Positions 55,956 to 64,000 of a DNA stretch of 64,000 nt are shown here, one piece after another. Each line of letters starts with the position of its first letter. The first letter of the stretch is position 1. The translations under genes were made by a program, and so were the position numbers. The notes beneath the pieces are model-generated. The model saw only the letters and a list, made by a program, of their open reading frames with translations. It did no database searches and was not told the origin of the DNA. The DNA is from an uncultured Planctomycetales bacterium (GTDB taxonomy: Bacteria; Omnitrophota; Gorgyraeia; Gygaellales; Profunditerraquicolaceae), in NCBI GenBank assembly GCA_964467905.1, contig CAYXSY010000007.1, forward strand, positions 116-64,115, read 5' to 3'.

Positions 55956-57884
55956 ATGAATAGAGAAGAAACCATAGAAGATTTTTTTAGTACTTTCAAG
56001 ACCTCAATTAACATATCCTCACTGTATACCCCCGACCATCCCTATTTTGTAAAGTCCATAACAGAAATGAAGAATAAATGCGACAGCATGTTTGCATTTT
56101 GCGATGTTATTACTATAGGTTTTACTCCTTCAGGATTGATTTTTGACGGCAAGAAGATGGAGAAAAAAGGCTTATTTGATGATATTGCCAGGTCTTTTCA
56201 TGCCCGCAAAGTAAAAAGCTTAGATATTAATAAAGGCGTGAGTTTAGATGAGCTGGTTTTCTTCTTTAGTAGCATTGCTATGCGTCCGGCCGAAATAGCC
56301 AAAGAAGGAGGTATTACAAAGATTCTTGGTAGACAAAAACTTTCTAATATATCCGTTGCGGAGTTGGATTATTCTGCTTTACTTAAAGGTTCGGGGGAGC
56401 AGCCTATTGATGTCTGGGCTTATCTTTTGAAAGAAGCTGTAGGTGAAGGCGCCAGAGAGAAAATTAATGTATTAGTTGAAAGCTTCGGGGTTCATATAAG
56501 GAAATTCCATCTTAAAGATTTTTTAAGCGGTGATGAACTTCAGGATGACTTAAACAGGTTTCTGCAGTATTTAAAAGATAACAACATATCCGATTTTCAT
56601 AAATGCAGCCAGGAAATATGTACTGTTATATTAAAGGATAGCCAGGAGTTTGATCCGCAGAAATTCCAAGAGCTAGCTCCGATGTTGGATTCTATCGATG
56701 CCGATGATTTGGCAGCTTCACTAGTACAGAGGCTTGTTTCGGGTGAGGGCCTGAATTCGTTGAATTTAAAACTTTTCTTTAAATTTATAGGTCCTGCGAA
56801 GCAAAAAGAGATAGCCATATCTTTGGCCAAGAAATTAAAGACGCAGGGTCGGGTAAGCGATCCTCACGGGCTAAAGAAAAGGATAAATGAGCTCTTCAGC
56901 TCGATTACTGACACAGGCGTTTCAGATGTATACCATCAGCAACTCTCTTCTTTGATAGATGACATAGTAGTGTTATCCGAGAGAAAAATAGACCATAAAG
57001 AAATTGTACGTAATTATCGTTTTATACTTTTCGAGCTCTTGGTTGAAGAAAAAGATGAAGAAAGGCTTTATTTGGTTATAGAGAAACTAAGAAACGAACT
57101 CGATGTTGTTATTAAAGAAAAAGACTGGCCTTTCTTAAAATTCTTTCTGGAAGCCATTGAGAGGAAAACAAAAATTGATCCGTATCTAAGCAATATTTTT
57201 GTAGATATGTACAGGATGGTTTCAGAGACTGCCGAGTCGTTGATATTAAGCGGCGATGCCACGGAGGAGCTAAGGTTCCTCTTAAAATATATTAATCAGG
57301 CGCATCAGGATATAAATTCTTATCTTCAGATAATTTTCGTAGATAATAGGAATGATTGCGATATCTTGGAGTTATTCTTTAAGTTCTTCCCGGGGCAGGC
57401 GGGCTCATTTAATAATATGCTCGATATGAAAATAGCTGATACCGAATTCATGCTAGAGGTTATTAGTAATCTAAAAAGCTTAAATTATCAAGATATACTA
57501 CAGGTTTACACCCATATATTTGATTCCGGGAGTGATTTTTTAAAGTCTGAGGTCCTTAAGGCCCTCAGATCGTTTCCCTACAGGGACGAAGAATTTTTGT
57601 TATCCATTGTTAAAAAAGAAAATTTTATACTTAGGAAGGAAGCAGTTATAACGTTGAAAGATATAGGCAGCGCAGAAAGAGTTATTGTAGAGACATTATT
57701 TTTGAAGCATGATTTTCTTGGTCTGAATAACAAAATGTTTATTGAAAACATGGATATAGTAGAAGCCGCCGACTTGCGTGAGGCAAAAGACAGGTTGGTA
57801 TCTTTTAGCAAGAGAAGATTTTTCTGGAATAAAGCCTTAAGAGAGAAAGCCACAAGTATACTGAGGAATTGGGATGCCGGGTAA
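55956..57884 (+). CDS. catalytic-domain-less paralog of the HD-GYP N-terminal sensor domain with a long helical C-terminal region
   Basis: The first ~110 aa align by eye with the N-terminus of the next gene (SLYTPDHPYF/KLYTVEHQRF; IGFTPSGLIFDGK/IGIIGDELAFEKE; KVKSLDINKGVSLDELVFFFSSIA/KIEKIVFLKGVSKEELTRFISFLA). No HD motif. Its 3' end overlaps the next gene by 11 nt. Confidence 0.5.
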   Translation: MNREETIEDFFSTFKTSINISSLYTPDHPYFVKSITEMKNKCDSMFAFCDVITIGFTPSGLIFDGKKMEKKGLFDDIARSFHARKVKSLDINKGVSLDELVFFFSSIAMRPAEIAKEGGITKILGRQKLSNISVAELDYSALLKGSGEQPIDVWAYLLKEAVGEGAREKINVLVESFGVHIRKFHLKDFLSGDELQDDLNRFLQYLKDNNISDFHKCSQEICTVILKDSQEFDPQKFQELAPMLDSIDADDLAASLVQRLVSGEGLNSLNLKLFFKFIGPAKQKEIAISLAKKLKTQGRVSDPHGLKKRINELFSSITDTGVSDVYHQQLSSLIDDIVVLSERKIDHKEIVRNYRFILFELLVEEKDEERLYLVIEKLRNELDVVIKEKDWPFLKFFLEAIERKTKIDPYLSNIFVDMYRMVSETAESLILSGDATEELRFLLKYINQAHQDINSYLQIIFVDNRNDCDILELFFKFFPGQAGSFNNMLDMKIADTEFMLEVISNLKSLNYQDILQVYTHIFDSGSDFLKSEVLKALRSFPYRDEEFLLSIVKKENFILRKEAVITLKDIGSAERVIVETLFLKHDFLGLNNKMFIENMDIVEAADLREAKDRLVSFSKRRFFWNKALREKATSILRNWDAG

Positions 57885-59232
57885 GATTGAGAATTGTATA
57901 AAAGACATAGTTTCTTGTTTACAGATAGCTAAACTTTATACTGTAGAGCACCAGCGCTTTGGTCTATTTGTTGATAAAGCCTACGAAAGCTTAAGTGGGG
58001 TCTTAGATGAGAGGGGAGATTTTACCATCGGCATTATAGGGGATGAGCTTGCCTTTGAAAAAGAGATATTCTTTGAGTTAAGCAAGACTATAAAATCTGT
58101 AATCAGCTATTTAAAGCAGAGGAAGATAGAGAAAATCGTTTTTTTGAAGGGCGTAAGCAAGGAGGAACTGACCAGATTCATTTCTTTTCTTGCTTCGTCA
58201 AAGGAGGAGTTTGATAAAGACATTCGCGATGCCCTGAAGTCCTCAGGTATAGTTAACATCGAGGTTGATAGAATCCGGACTGCATCATCCGGGCCTGCTG
58301 ACGCAGGGCGCGAAGCAGCCGTTGTTACCTATCGTCAAGTATATGATGAGGCTTCAGCCAAATCTTTATCAGCTATTGACTCGGTACTGGAAAAGAATAA
58401 CATTCAGTATCTTGAGCTTAAATTTGCGCTTAGCAGTGTATCCGAGTGGCTTGGTAGCCACGGCAGCCATTTATTAAAGCTATTGAATATTAAGCGCTAC
58501 GATACGGTTACATATAGCCACAGCCTTGATGTAGCAATACTTTCTATGTTTCTCTCTTCGAGGTTAGGCTTCGAGTATAAGGATATATTAGAAATTGGCA
58601 CAGCCGCTCTTTTTCACGATGTCGGCAAGCTTTTTATATCCAAGGCAATTATAAAGAAACCAGCTAGACTTACTAATGAGGAGTTTGACGTGGTGAAAAG
58701 CCACGTTAATCTTGGGGCGGAGATCCTTCTTGGATATGTCAACGATATGGGTATTTTGCCGGTTGTAGTAGCTTTTGAGCATCATTTGCGTTATGATTTA
58801 AAGGGCTATCCTAAGTTAATATTCAATCATCCTCTTTGCGATGCCTCACATATAGTTTCGGTATGCGACGTATACGATTCTCTTTCGCAGAGAAGAAGCT
58901 ATAAGAATGATTACCCGCCCGATATGATTTATGATATTATGATGAAGCAGCGGGGGCAGAATTTCCACCCCGATATTTTGGATATTTTTTTCAAGGCAAT
59001 CGGTGTCTGGCCGTTAGGCACCTTAGTGCGTTTAAATAACGGTTTAACCTGTATTGTCAGCGAAGAGAATGCAGATGACATATTCTGTCCTAAGGTTAAG
59101 GTGCTCTTAGGCGAGAATAAAGACGAAATTATCGACTTAAAAGAACGCAAGGATGAGATTCGGATACAGAACTTTATAAATCCCTGGAAGGAAGGTAAAG
59201 AATTGCTTAAGTTAGGCGATGAAGAATCTTAA
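57874..59232 (+). CDS. HD-GYP domain c-di-GMP phosphodiesterase-type protein
   Basis: HSLDVA, LFHDVGK, and EHHLRYDLKGYP (the HD-GYP signature), preceded by an N-terminal uncharacterised sensor domain. Confidence 0.8.
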   Translation: MPGKIENCIKDIVSCLQIAKLYTVEHQRFGLFVDKAYESLSGVLDERGDFTIGIIGDELAFEKEIFFELSKTIKSVISYLKQRKIEKIVFLKGVSKEELTRFISFLASSKEEFDKDIRDALKSSGIVNIEVDRIRTASSGPADAGREAAVVTYRQVYDEASAKSLSAIDSVLEKNNIQYLELKFALSSVSEWLGSHGSHLLKLLNIKRYDTVTYSHSLDVAILSMFLSSRLGFEYKDILEIGTAALFHDVGKLFISKAIIKKPARLTNEEFDVVKSHVNLGAEILLGYVNDMGILPVVVAFEHHLRYDLKGYPKLIFNHPLCDASHIVSVCDVYDSLSQRRSYKNDYPPDMIYDIMMKQRGQNFHPDILDIFFKAIGVWPLGTLVRLNNGLTCIVSEENADDIFCPKVKVLLGENKDEIIDLKERKDEIRIQNFINPWKEGKELLKLGDEES

Positions 59233-59234
59233 GC

Positions 59235-59263
59235 TTTACAAAACGATGCGCCGGGATTATAAT
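59235..59263 (+). promoter_or_regulatory. sigma70-type promoter for the DUF1846 gene
   Basis: TTTACA (59235-59240), 17-nt spacer, TATAAT (59258-59263). Confidence 0.5.
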
Positions 59264-59290
59264 AACCGCAATTAAGTATCTTTAATTAAT

Positions 59291-60817
59291 ATGATTAAGA
59301 AAATAGGTTTCGATAACGAAAAATATCTTAGAGAACAGAGCGCTGCCATTTTAGACAGGGTGAAGAAATTTGGCAATAAGCTTTACCTTGAGTTTGGCGG
59401 CAAGCTTTGTTTTGATTATCACGCCGCCAGGGTTCTGCCGGGCTATGATCCGAATGTAAAAATAAGATTGTTGCAGCAGCTCAAAGATAAAATTGATATT
59501 GTATTATGTATTTATTCAGGGGATATAGAGCGCGGTAGGGTAAGAGGGGATTTTGGTATAACCTATGATGCGGCAACTTTTAAGCTGATAGACGATTTAA
59601 GGAAATGGGATTTGGATATACTGTCTGTAGTCATTACCCGTTTTTCCGGGCAACACGCCGCATCGGTATTTAAAAATAAACTGGAGCGCAGAGGGGTTAA
59701 GGTTTATCTGCATTATCCTATTGAAGGCTATCCTGCAGACGTAGATTTGATTGTCAGTGACAGGGGTTTTGGTAAGAACGAGTATATAGAGACAAAAAAC
59801 CCGATAGTTGTTATAACCGCTCCCGGTCCAAACAGCGGGAAACTATCCACATGTCTCTCACAGCTTTATCACGAACATAAACGTTCGATAAATGCAGGTT
59901 ACGCAAAATTTGAAACATTCCCTATTTGGAACCTGCCGCTCAAACACCCGGTTAATATAGCTTATGAAGCAGCCACTGCAGATATACAGGATTTTAATTT
60001 AGTTGATCCTTTCCATCTTAATAAATACAACAAGACAGCAATAAATTATAACCGGGATGTAGAAAGTTTTCCCATCCTTAGGCTTATCCTTAATAAGATT
60101 ATGGATAAGGATGCAGCGTCATTAATGTATAATTCGCCTACCGATATGGGAGTTAACCGTGCCGGATTCGGCATAGTCAACGATGAAATCGTGCAGGAGG
60201 CAGCAAAGCAGGAACTTATAAGAAGATACTTCAGGTATAATACCGAATACGTATTGGGCATAGAGAAAAAAGATACTGTAGATAAAGTTATGCTCCTTAT
60301 GGAAGAGCTCAGAGTTAAGGTAAGCGATAGGGTTGTTGTTGATGTGGCAAGAAAAGCGGCTGACGATGCCGAGGCTAAAGGTAAAGGGAATGAAGGCATA
60401 TATTGCGGAGCAGCTATCCAGCTGGCAGATGGCAGGATTATAACCGGTAAAAACTCAAAGATGATGCATGCTGCCTCAAGCCTTGTGTTGAATGCGGTTA
60501 AGACCCTGGCAAATATACCCGATGAAATACTTCTATTGTCTCCTCATATTATTAACCAGATACGTAAGTTTAAAGAGAGCATATTAAATACCGAATCCGA
60601 GAGCCTTGATTTGGAGGAGACCTTGATAGCTCTTTCTATAAGCGCTACCACTAACCACACCGCAGAATTGGCCATGGCTAAGCTTGCAGATCTGAAGAAC
60701 TGCGAGTTGCACATGACGCATATCCCTACTCCCGGGGATGAAGTCGGACTTAAAAGGCTGGGCGTGAATCTTACTACTGATGGCAAGTTTTCGTCCCGTA
60801 ATTTATTTATTACTTAA
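59291..60817 (+). CDS. DUF1846 / UPF0371 family protein
   Basis: About 500 aa. The N-terminal pattern GFDNEKYLREQSAAILDRV...LYLEFGGKL.DYHAARVLPGYDPN matches this conserved uncharacterised family as I recall it. Confidence 0.6.
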   Translation: MIKKIGFDNEKYLREQSAAILDRVKKFGNKLYLEFGGKLCFDYHAARVLPGYDPNVKIRLLQQLKDKIDIVLCIYSGDIERGRVRGDFGITYDAATFKLIDDLRKWDLDILSVVITRFSGQHAASVFKNKLERRGVKVYLHYPIEGYPADVDLIVSDRGFGKNEYIETKNPIVVITAPGPNSGKLSTCLSQLYHEHKRSINAGYAKFETFPIWNLPLKHPVNIAYEAATADIQDFNLVDPFHLNKYNKTAINYNRDVESFPILRLILNKIMDKDAASLMYNSPTDMGVNRAGFGIVNDEIVQEAAKQELIRRYFRYNTEYVLGIEKKDTVDKVMLLMEELRVKVSDRVVVDVARKAADDAEAKGKGNEGIYCGAAIQLADGRIITGKNSKMMHAASSLVLNAVKTLANIPDEILLLSPHIINQIRKFKESILNTESESLDLEETLIALSISATTNHTAELAMAKLADLKNCELHMTHIPTPGDEVGLKRLGVNLTTDGKFSSRNLFIT

Positions 60818-60844
60818 AGATACCCCGGGAACGCGTATTAAATT

Positions 60845-61531
60845 ATGTTTGGACTCCGATACAAAAATATTATCAGGTTATGTTTATTTATTTTTCTTAT
60901 CGGGTTAATTTTTTTAGCGGGGAAATACCTGCATATAGACAGCGAGGAGTTAGAGAAATTATTCAAGTCCGTACCGTTTTTATATAGCTCGGCGATATTT
61001 ATATTTTTGTATGTTACGGTTACTTTTTTCGTTTGGTTTTCTAAGGATGTTTTCAGATTAATCGGGGCTATTGTTTTCGGGGCCTATTTAAGCACGCTGC
61101 TGGTTTTTATTTCCGAAACAATTAATGCATTTGTACTTTTTTACACCGCGCGTTTCTTAGGCAGGGATTTTGTAAATAAGCATCTTAATTTCAGTAGTTT
61201 TAATCTAAGTGATAAGCTGGGAAAGTCAAATTTAGCGTGGCTTGTTTTGATTAGAATGGTGCCGTTAGTCCCTTTCAGGTTTATGGATTTAAGCATGGGG
61301 CTCATGAATATCACTTTCAGGCGCTATCTCGTTGTAGTATTGCTGGGTTCTTTATTAAGGATTTTCTGGTTGCAGTTTATTCTGGCCGGCATAGGTAAGG
61401 CAGTCTTAAGCTCTCCGGATGAAATTATCGTTTATTTATCTGCAAACAAGCCGGTATTTATTTTTACCTTTATTTATTTCATAATGAGTGTTATTGTCGC
61501 TCTGAAACTAAACAAAAAAGAGGCCAAATAA
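60845..61531 (+). CDS. TVP38/TMEM64 (DedA-related) membrane protein
   Basis: Polytopic 228-aa protein with a RMVPLVPFRFMDL re-entrant loop motif. Confidence 0.65.
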   Translation: MFGLRYKNIIRLCLFIFLIGLIFLAGKYLHIDSEELEKLFKSVPFLYSSAIFIFLYVTVTFFVWFSKDVFRLIGAIVFGAYLSTLLVFISETINAFVLFYTARFLGRDFVNKHLNFSSFNLSDKLGKSNLAWLVLIRMVPLVPFRFMDLSMGLMNITFRRYLVVVLLGSLLRIFWLQFILAGIGKAVLSSPDEIIVYLSANKPVFIFTFIYFIMSVIVALKLNKKEAK

Positions 61532-62925
61532 TGTCTGTTAAAATAAAATTCTTAGGAGGGGTAAGGACTGTAACCGGATCGAGCCATCTTATCACAACAG
61601 ACAAATCTCAGGTTTTGCTTGATGTGGGGATGTTTCAGGGGCATCGCGATGAATTCTACAAGACTAATACTACGATTGTCTATAATCCCCGTAAGCTCGA
61701 TGCCATTATTTTATCTCACGCGCATCTGGACCATTGCGGCAATATTCCGGTAGTTATGAAAAGAGGCTTACGTTGTAAAATATATACAACTTCTGCTACT
61801 AAGGATTTGTCAGAACTTATGCTTAATGATTCAGGTAAAATCCAAGAGGAAGATATAAGGTATGTTAATAAGATTAATAAGAGATTAGGACTTCCCTTAA
61901 GAAGTGTTTTGTATACACAGCGTGATGCGGCTTTGGCTATTAAGAGGTTTCGTTCGCTTTCTTACGGTCAGCGTTTTTGCGTGGCAAAAGATATTTTTGT
62001 CACTTTATATGATGCCGGGCATATATTAGGTTCCGGCATAATCGTGCTGGATATAAAAGATGCCGGCAGGGATATGCGTATAGGATATGCAGTTGATTTG
62101 GGCAGAAAGAACCTACCTTTGCTTAATAACCCGGTTGTTCCAAGAGGGTTGGATTATCTTATAATAGAGAGCACCTATGGCATGCGGACACATAAACCGA
62201 TTGAAGAAGCCCAGGAGAGATTAAAAGATGCTATAAATATGACCGTGGAGAGAAAGGGAAAAATTCTTATTCCTTCTTTTACCCTTGAACGTACGCAGGA
62301 GGTAATCTATTTCTTAAGTGAGTTATTGAAAGAGAAAAGTATTCCCCCGGTTCCCATATATGTAGACAGCCCTTTAGCCACAGATATAACGGATTTATTC
62401 AGGTTTCACATTAAGTATCTTAACGAAGATGTGCGCCAGGCGATATTAAGAGGTGATGATCCTTTTGAGTTCTTGAACTTAAAGTTTATCCGCTCCCAGG
62501 AGGAGTCGAAAAAATTAAATACCGATAAGAGACCAATGATTATTATCGCCGGAAGCGGAATGTGCGAATCGGGCAGGATATTGCATCACCTAAAGAATAA
62601 TATTGAAGATACGCGCAATACTATATTAGTTGTAGGATACATGGCTAAGGATACTTTGGGCAGGCATATAGTAGATCAATACCCGTTTGTGCGCATTTTC
62701 GGCATTGAGTATGAGCTTAATGCCGAAGTTATCGTGATTAACTCTTTTTCCGGTCACGCCGATAAGAACGAATTGGACGATTTCGTGAATTCCGCGCTGC
62801 CGTTAAAGAGGATTTTCATAGTGCATGGAGACGAGGATCAGTCCCAGGGTTTTCTTGAGCACTTAACGGCTAAAGGGCTTGATGCCTATTTGCCCCAGAA
62901 GAACGAAGAAATATTGCTTAATTAG
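61531..62925 (+). CDS. MBL-fold beta-CASP ribonuclease/nuclease
   Basis: HAHLDHCG (motif 2), DAGHILGS, IESTYG, the beta-CASP motif SGHAD, and a C-terminal HGD. The start overlaps the previous stop by 1 nt. Confidence 0.8.
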   Translation: MSVKIKFLGGVRTVTGSSHLITTDKSQVLLDVGMFQGHRDEFYKTNTTIVYNPRKLDAIILSHAHLDHCGNIPVVMKRGLRCKIYTTSATKDLSELMLNDSGKIQEEDIRYVNKINKRLGLPLRSVLYTQRDAALAIKRFRSLSYGQRFCVAKDIFVTLYDAGHILGSGIIVLDIKDAGRDMRIGYAVDLGRKNLPLLNNPVVPRGLDYLIIESTYGMRTHKPIEEAQERLKDAINMTVERKGKILIPSFTLERTQEVIYFLSELLKEKSIPPVPIYVDSPLATDITDLFRFHIKYLNEDVRQAILRGDDPFEFLNLKFIRSQEESKKLNTDKRPMIIIAGSGMCESGRILHHLKNNIEDTRNTILVVGYMAKDTLGRHIVDQYPFVRIFGIEYELNAEVIVINSFSGHADKNELDDFVNSALPLKRIFIVHGDEDQSQGFLEHLTAKGLDAYLPQKNEEILLN

Positions 62926-62985
62926 CCGATATGTGCTATTATTACTACCCGATTAAAGCAGGTATATTGAAAGGAGAAAACTAAT

Positions 62986-63228
62986 ATGATAGGCGGATTT
63001 TCGACACCAAAAAAAGACAGAAATATAAAAGTTTCAGGCGGCCAGCCTGTTAAGACCGGACAGATATTGTCGCGCGGAGTTACGGTTTATAAGCCAGGGG
63101 CTAATGTCGGCGGGCTCGGCACTCTTTATGCTTTATGTTCAGGCAAAGTCTATTTTACAAAGAGAAAGACCAGTCACGGTAAAGTAAGAACTTTTATAAA
63201 TGTACTTCCGCAGCCCAATAAATCCTAA
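62986..63228 (+). CDS. rpmA: divergent ribosomal protein L27-like protein
   Basis: The core aligns by eye with bacterial L27 (GGQPVKTGQILSRGVTVYKPGANVGGLGTLYALCSGKVYF versus GG.SV.AG.IIVRQRGTKFH.G.NVG.G.DHTLFA..DGKV.F). The N-terminus is MIGGFSTPKKDRN instead of the MAHKK.GGSTRNGRDS tail. Good RBS (AAAGGAG). Confidence 0.55.
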   Translation: MIGGFSTPKKDRNIKVSGGQPVKTGQILSRGVTVYKPGANVGGLGTLYALCSGKVYFTKRKTSHGKVRTFINVLPQPNKS

Positions 63229-63248
63229 CAGCCGCATAAGACGAGCCG

Positions 63249-64000
63249 GTGGATAATAATATAACAGACAAATCCAAGAAGTATTCTCTGATCAAATACA
63301 GCCTGGCGATAGCTGATATAGTCTATTTGTTAGTTTTGTTATTTGTGTTTCAATCGCTCGGCCTATCTAGGGCGTTGTTTGATTACCTTGTTTCTGTTTT
63401 TGCCAGCCCGTTTGTGTTACCGCTGTATCTTGCAGCAGTTTATTCTGTGTATTATCTACTTAATCTGCCACTAAATTTCTTAAGCTCATTTTTCTTTGAA
63501 CATAAATTTAATCTTTCAAAGCAAAGTATAACTTCTTGGGGCGTTGATCAGGCAAAGACATTCGCTTTATCTTATTTGCTGATTCTTATTATTTTTTCTG
63601 CCTTTTACTATATAACTGCCAGGTTCCCTGCGACCTGGTGGATTATATGTTCAATCGCCTGGATGTTTTTTAGCATTATTTTAGCCAAGGTAATGCCTGT
63701 TCTAATTATACCAATGTTTTTTAAATATAAACCGCTTTCCAACGGCTCTCTTAAAAAACGCATTATCGATTTAGCCAATAAGATGGGAGTTAAGCTTTTG
63801 GATGTCTTTGAGATAGATTTTAGCAAAAAGACGCTTAAGGCCAATGCCGCTTTTGTCGGTTCCGGCAATACCCGCAGGGTCATTTTAGCCGATACCCTGC
63901 AGGATAAGTATACTGATGAGGAGATTGAAGTTATACTTGCGCATGAATTTGCGCACTATAAATTTAAGCATCTTCTGAAGATGATAATTATAAATGCGTG
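63249..64000 (+). CDS. M48 (Ste24/HtpX-like) zinc metalloprotease, 5' part (runs off the window)
   Basis: Not in the ORF track because no stop lies in the window. The frame is open from GTG 63249, with an in-frame TAA at 63237. It has several TM helices, then ...DEEIEVILAHEFAHYKFKH with the HExxH motif at 63942-63956. The start codon is uncertain. Confidence 0.7.
   Translation, partial: MDNNITDKSKKYSLIKYSLAIADIVYLLVLLFVFQSLGLSRALFDYLVSVFASPFVLPLYLAAVYSVYYLLNLPLNFLSSFFFEHKFNLSKQSITSWGVDQAKTFALSYLLILIIFSAFYYITARFPATWWIICSIAWMFFSIILAKVMPVLIIPMFFKYKPLSNGSLKKRIIDLANKMGVKLLDVFEIDFSKKTLKANAAFVGSGNTRRVILADTLQDKYTDEEIEVILAHEFAHYKFKHLLKMIIINA

Noticed and set aside
63608-63883. A 91-aa minus-strand ORF.
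   Set aside because: It lies antisense within the plus-strand M48 protease gene, which has clear TM helices and an HExxH motif.

Overview
This is a 64-kb chromosomal window from a moderately AT-rich bacterium. It is probably an anaerobe, since it carries a class II B12 ribonucleotide reductase, an Nfn/SudAB-type oxidoreductase and a group-4 membrane-bound [NiFe] hydrogenase. About 55 genes are tightly packed, and all but one lie on the + strand. I saw no rRNA, tRNA, CRISPR array or mobile element. The window falls into four blocks. (1) 1-6.8 kb holds a secreted glycosidase, a TPR protein, ROK and LacI regulators and a coiled-coil protein. (2) 6.9-19.6 kb is housekeeping: nrdJ, apgM, mnmG, a QueG-like gene, PiT plus its DUF47 partner, two TPR proteins, nadE, and an Lrp/AsnC regulator with an aminotransferase. 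(3) 19.6-55.2 kb is a nitrogen-assimilation super-cluster. It contains two paralogous GAF-ANTAR regulators, Nfn/GltA-like genes, gdhA, an FMN-only GltS-like protein, a 12-gene Mrp/complex-I-like [NiFe] hydrogenase operon, an ECF-like sigma factor, porin-amtB-glnK, type III glnN, a mini NtrC-like HTH protein, gltBD, and a pyrG-carA-carB(N-half)-purF amidotransferase operon. (4) 55-64 kb holds an HD-GYP pair, DUF1846, TVP38, a beta-CASP nuclease, a divergent L27 and an M48 protease that runs off the window edge. The most interesting signal lies between genes rather than in a coding region. Almost every operon boundary in block 3 carries the same architecture: usually a TTGACA-N16/17-TGnTATAAT promoter, then one or two small hairpins with A..G.. 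hexaloops, with the last hairpin overlapping the 5' arm of a strong intrinsic terminator. This is the ANTAR antiterminator substrate layout. Together with the two locally encoded GAF-ANTAR proteins, it suggests a one-component, ligand-sensing antitermination network. That network would tie together ammonium uptake, GS/GOGAT, glutamine amidotransferases, a sigma factor and an energy-converting hydrogenase. All calls rest on reading the sequence and translations by eye. No database search or folding program was available.
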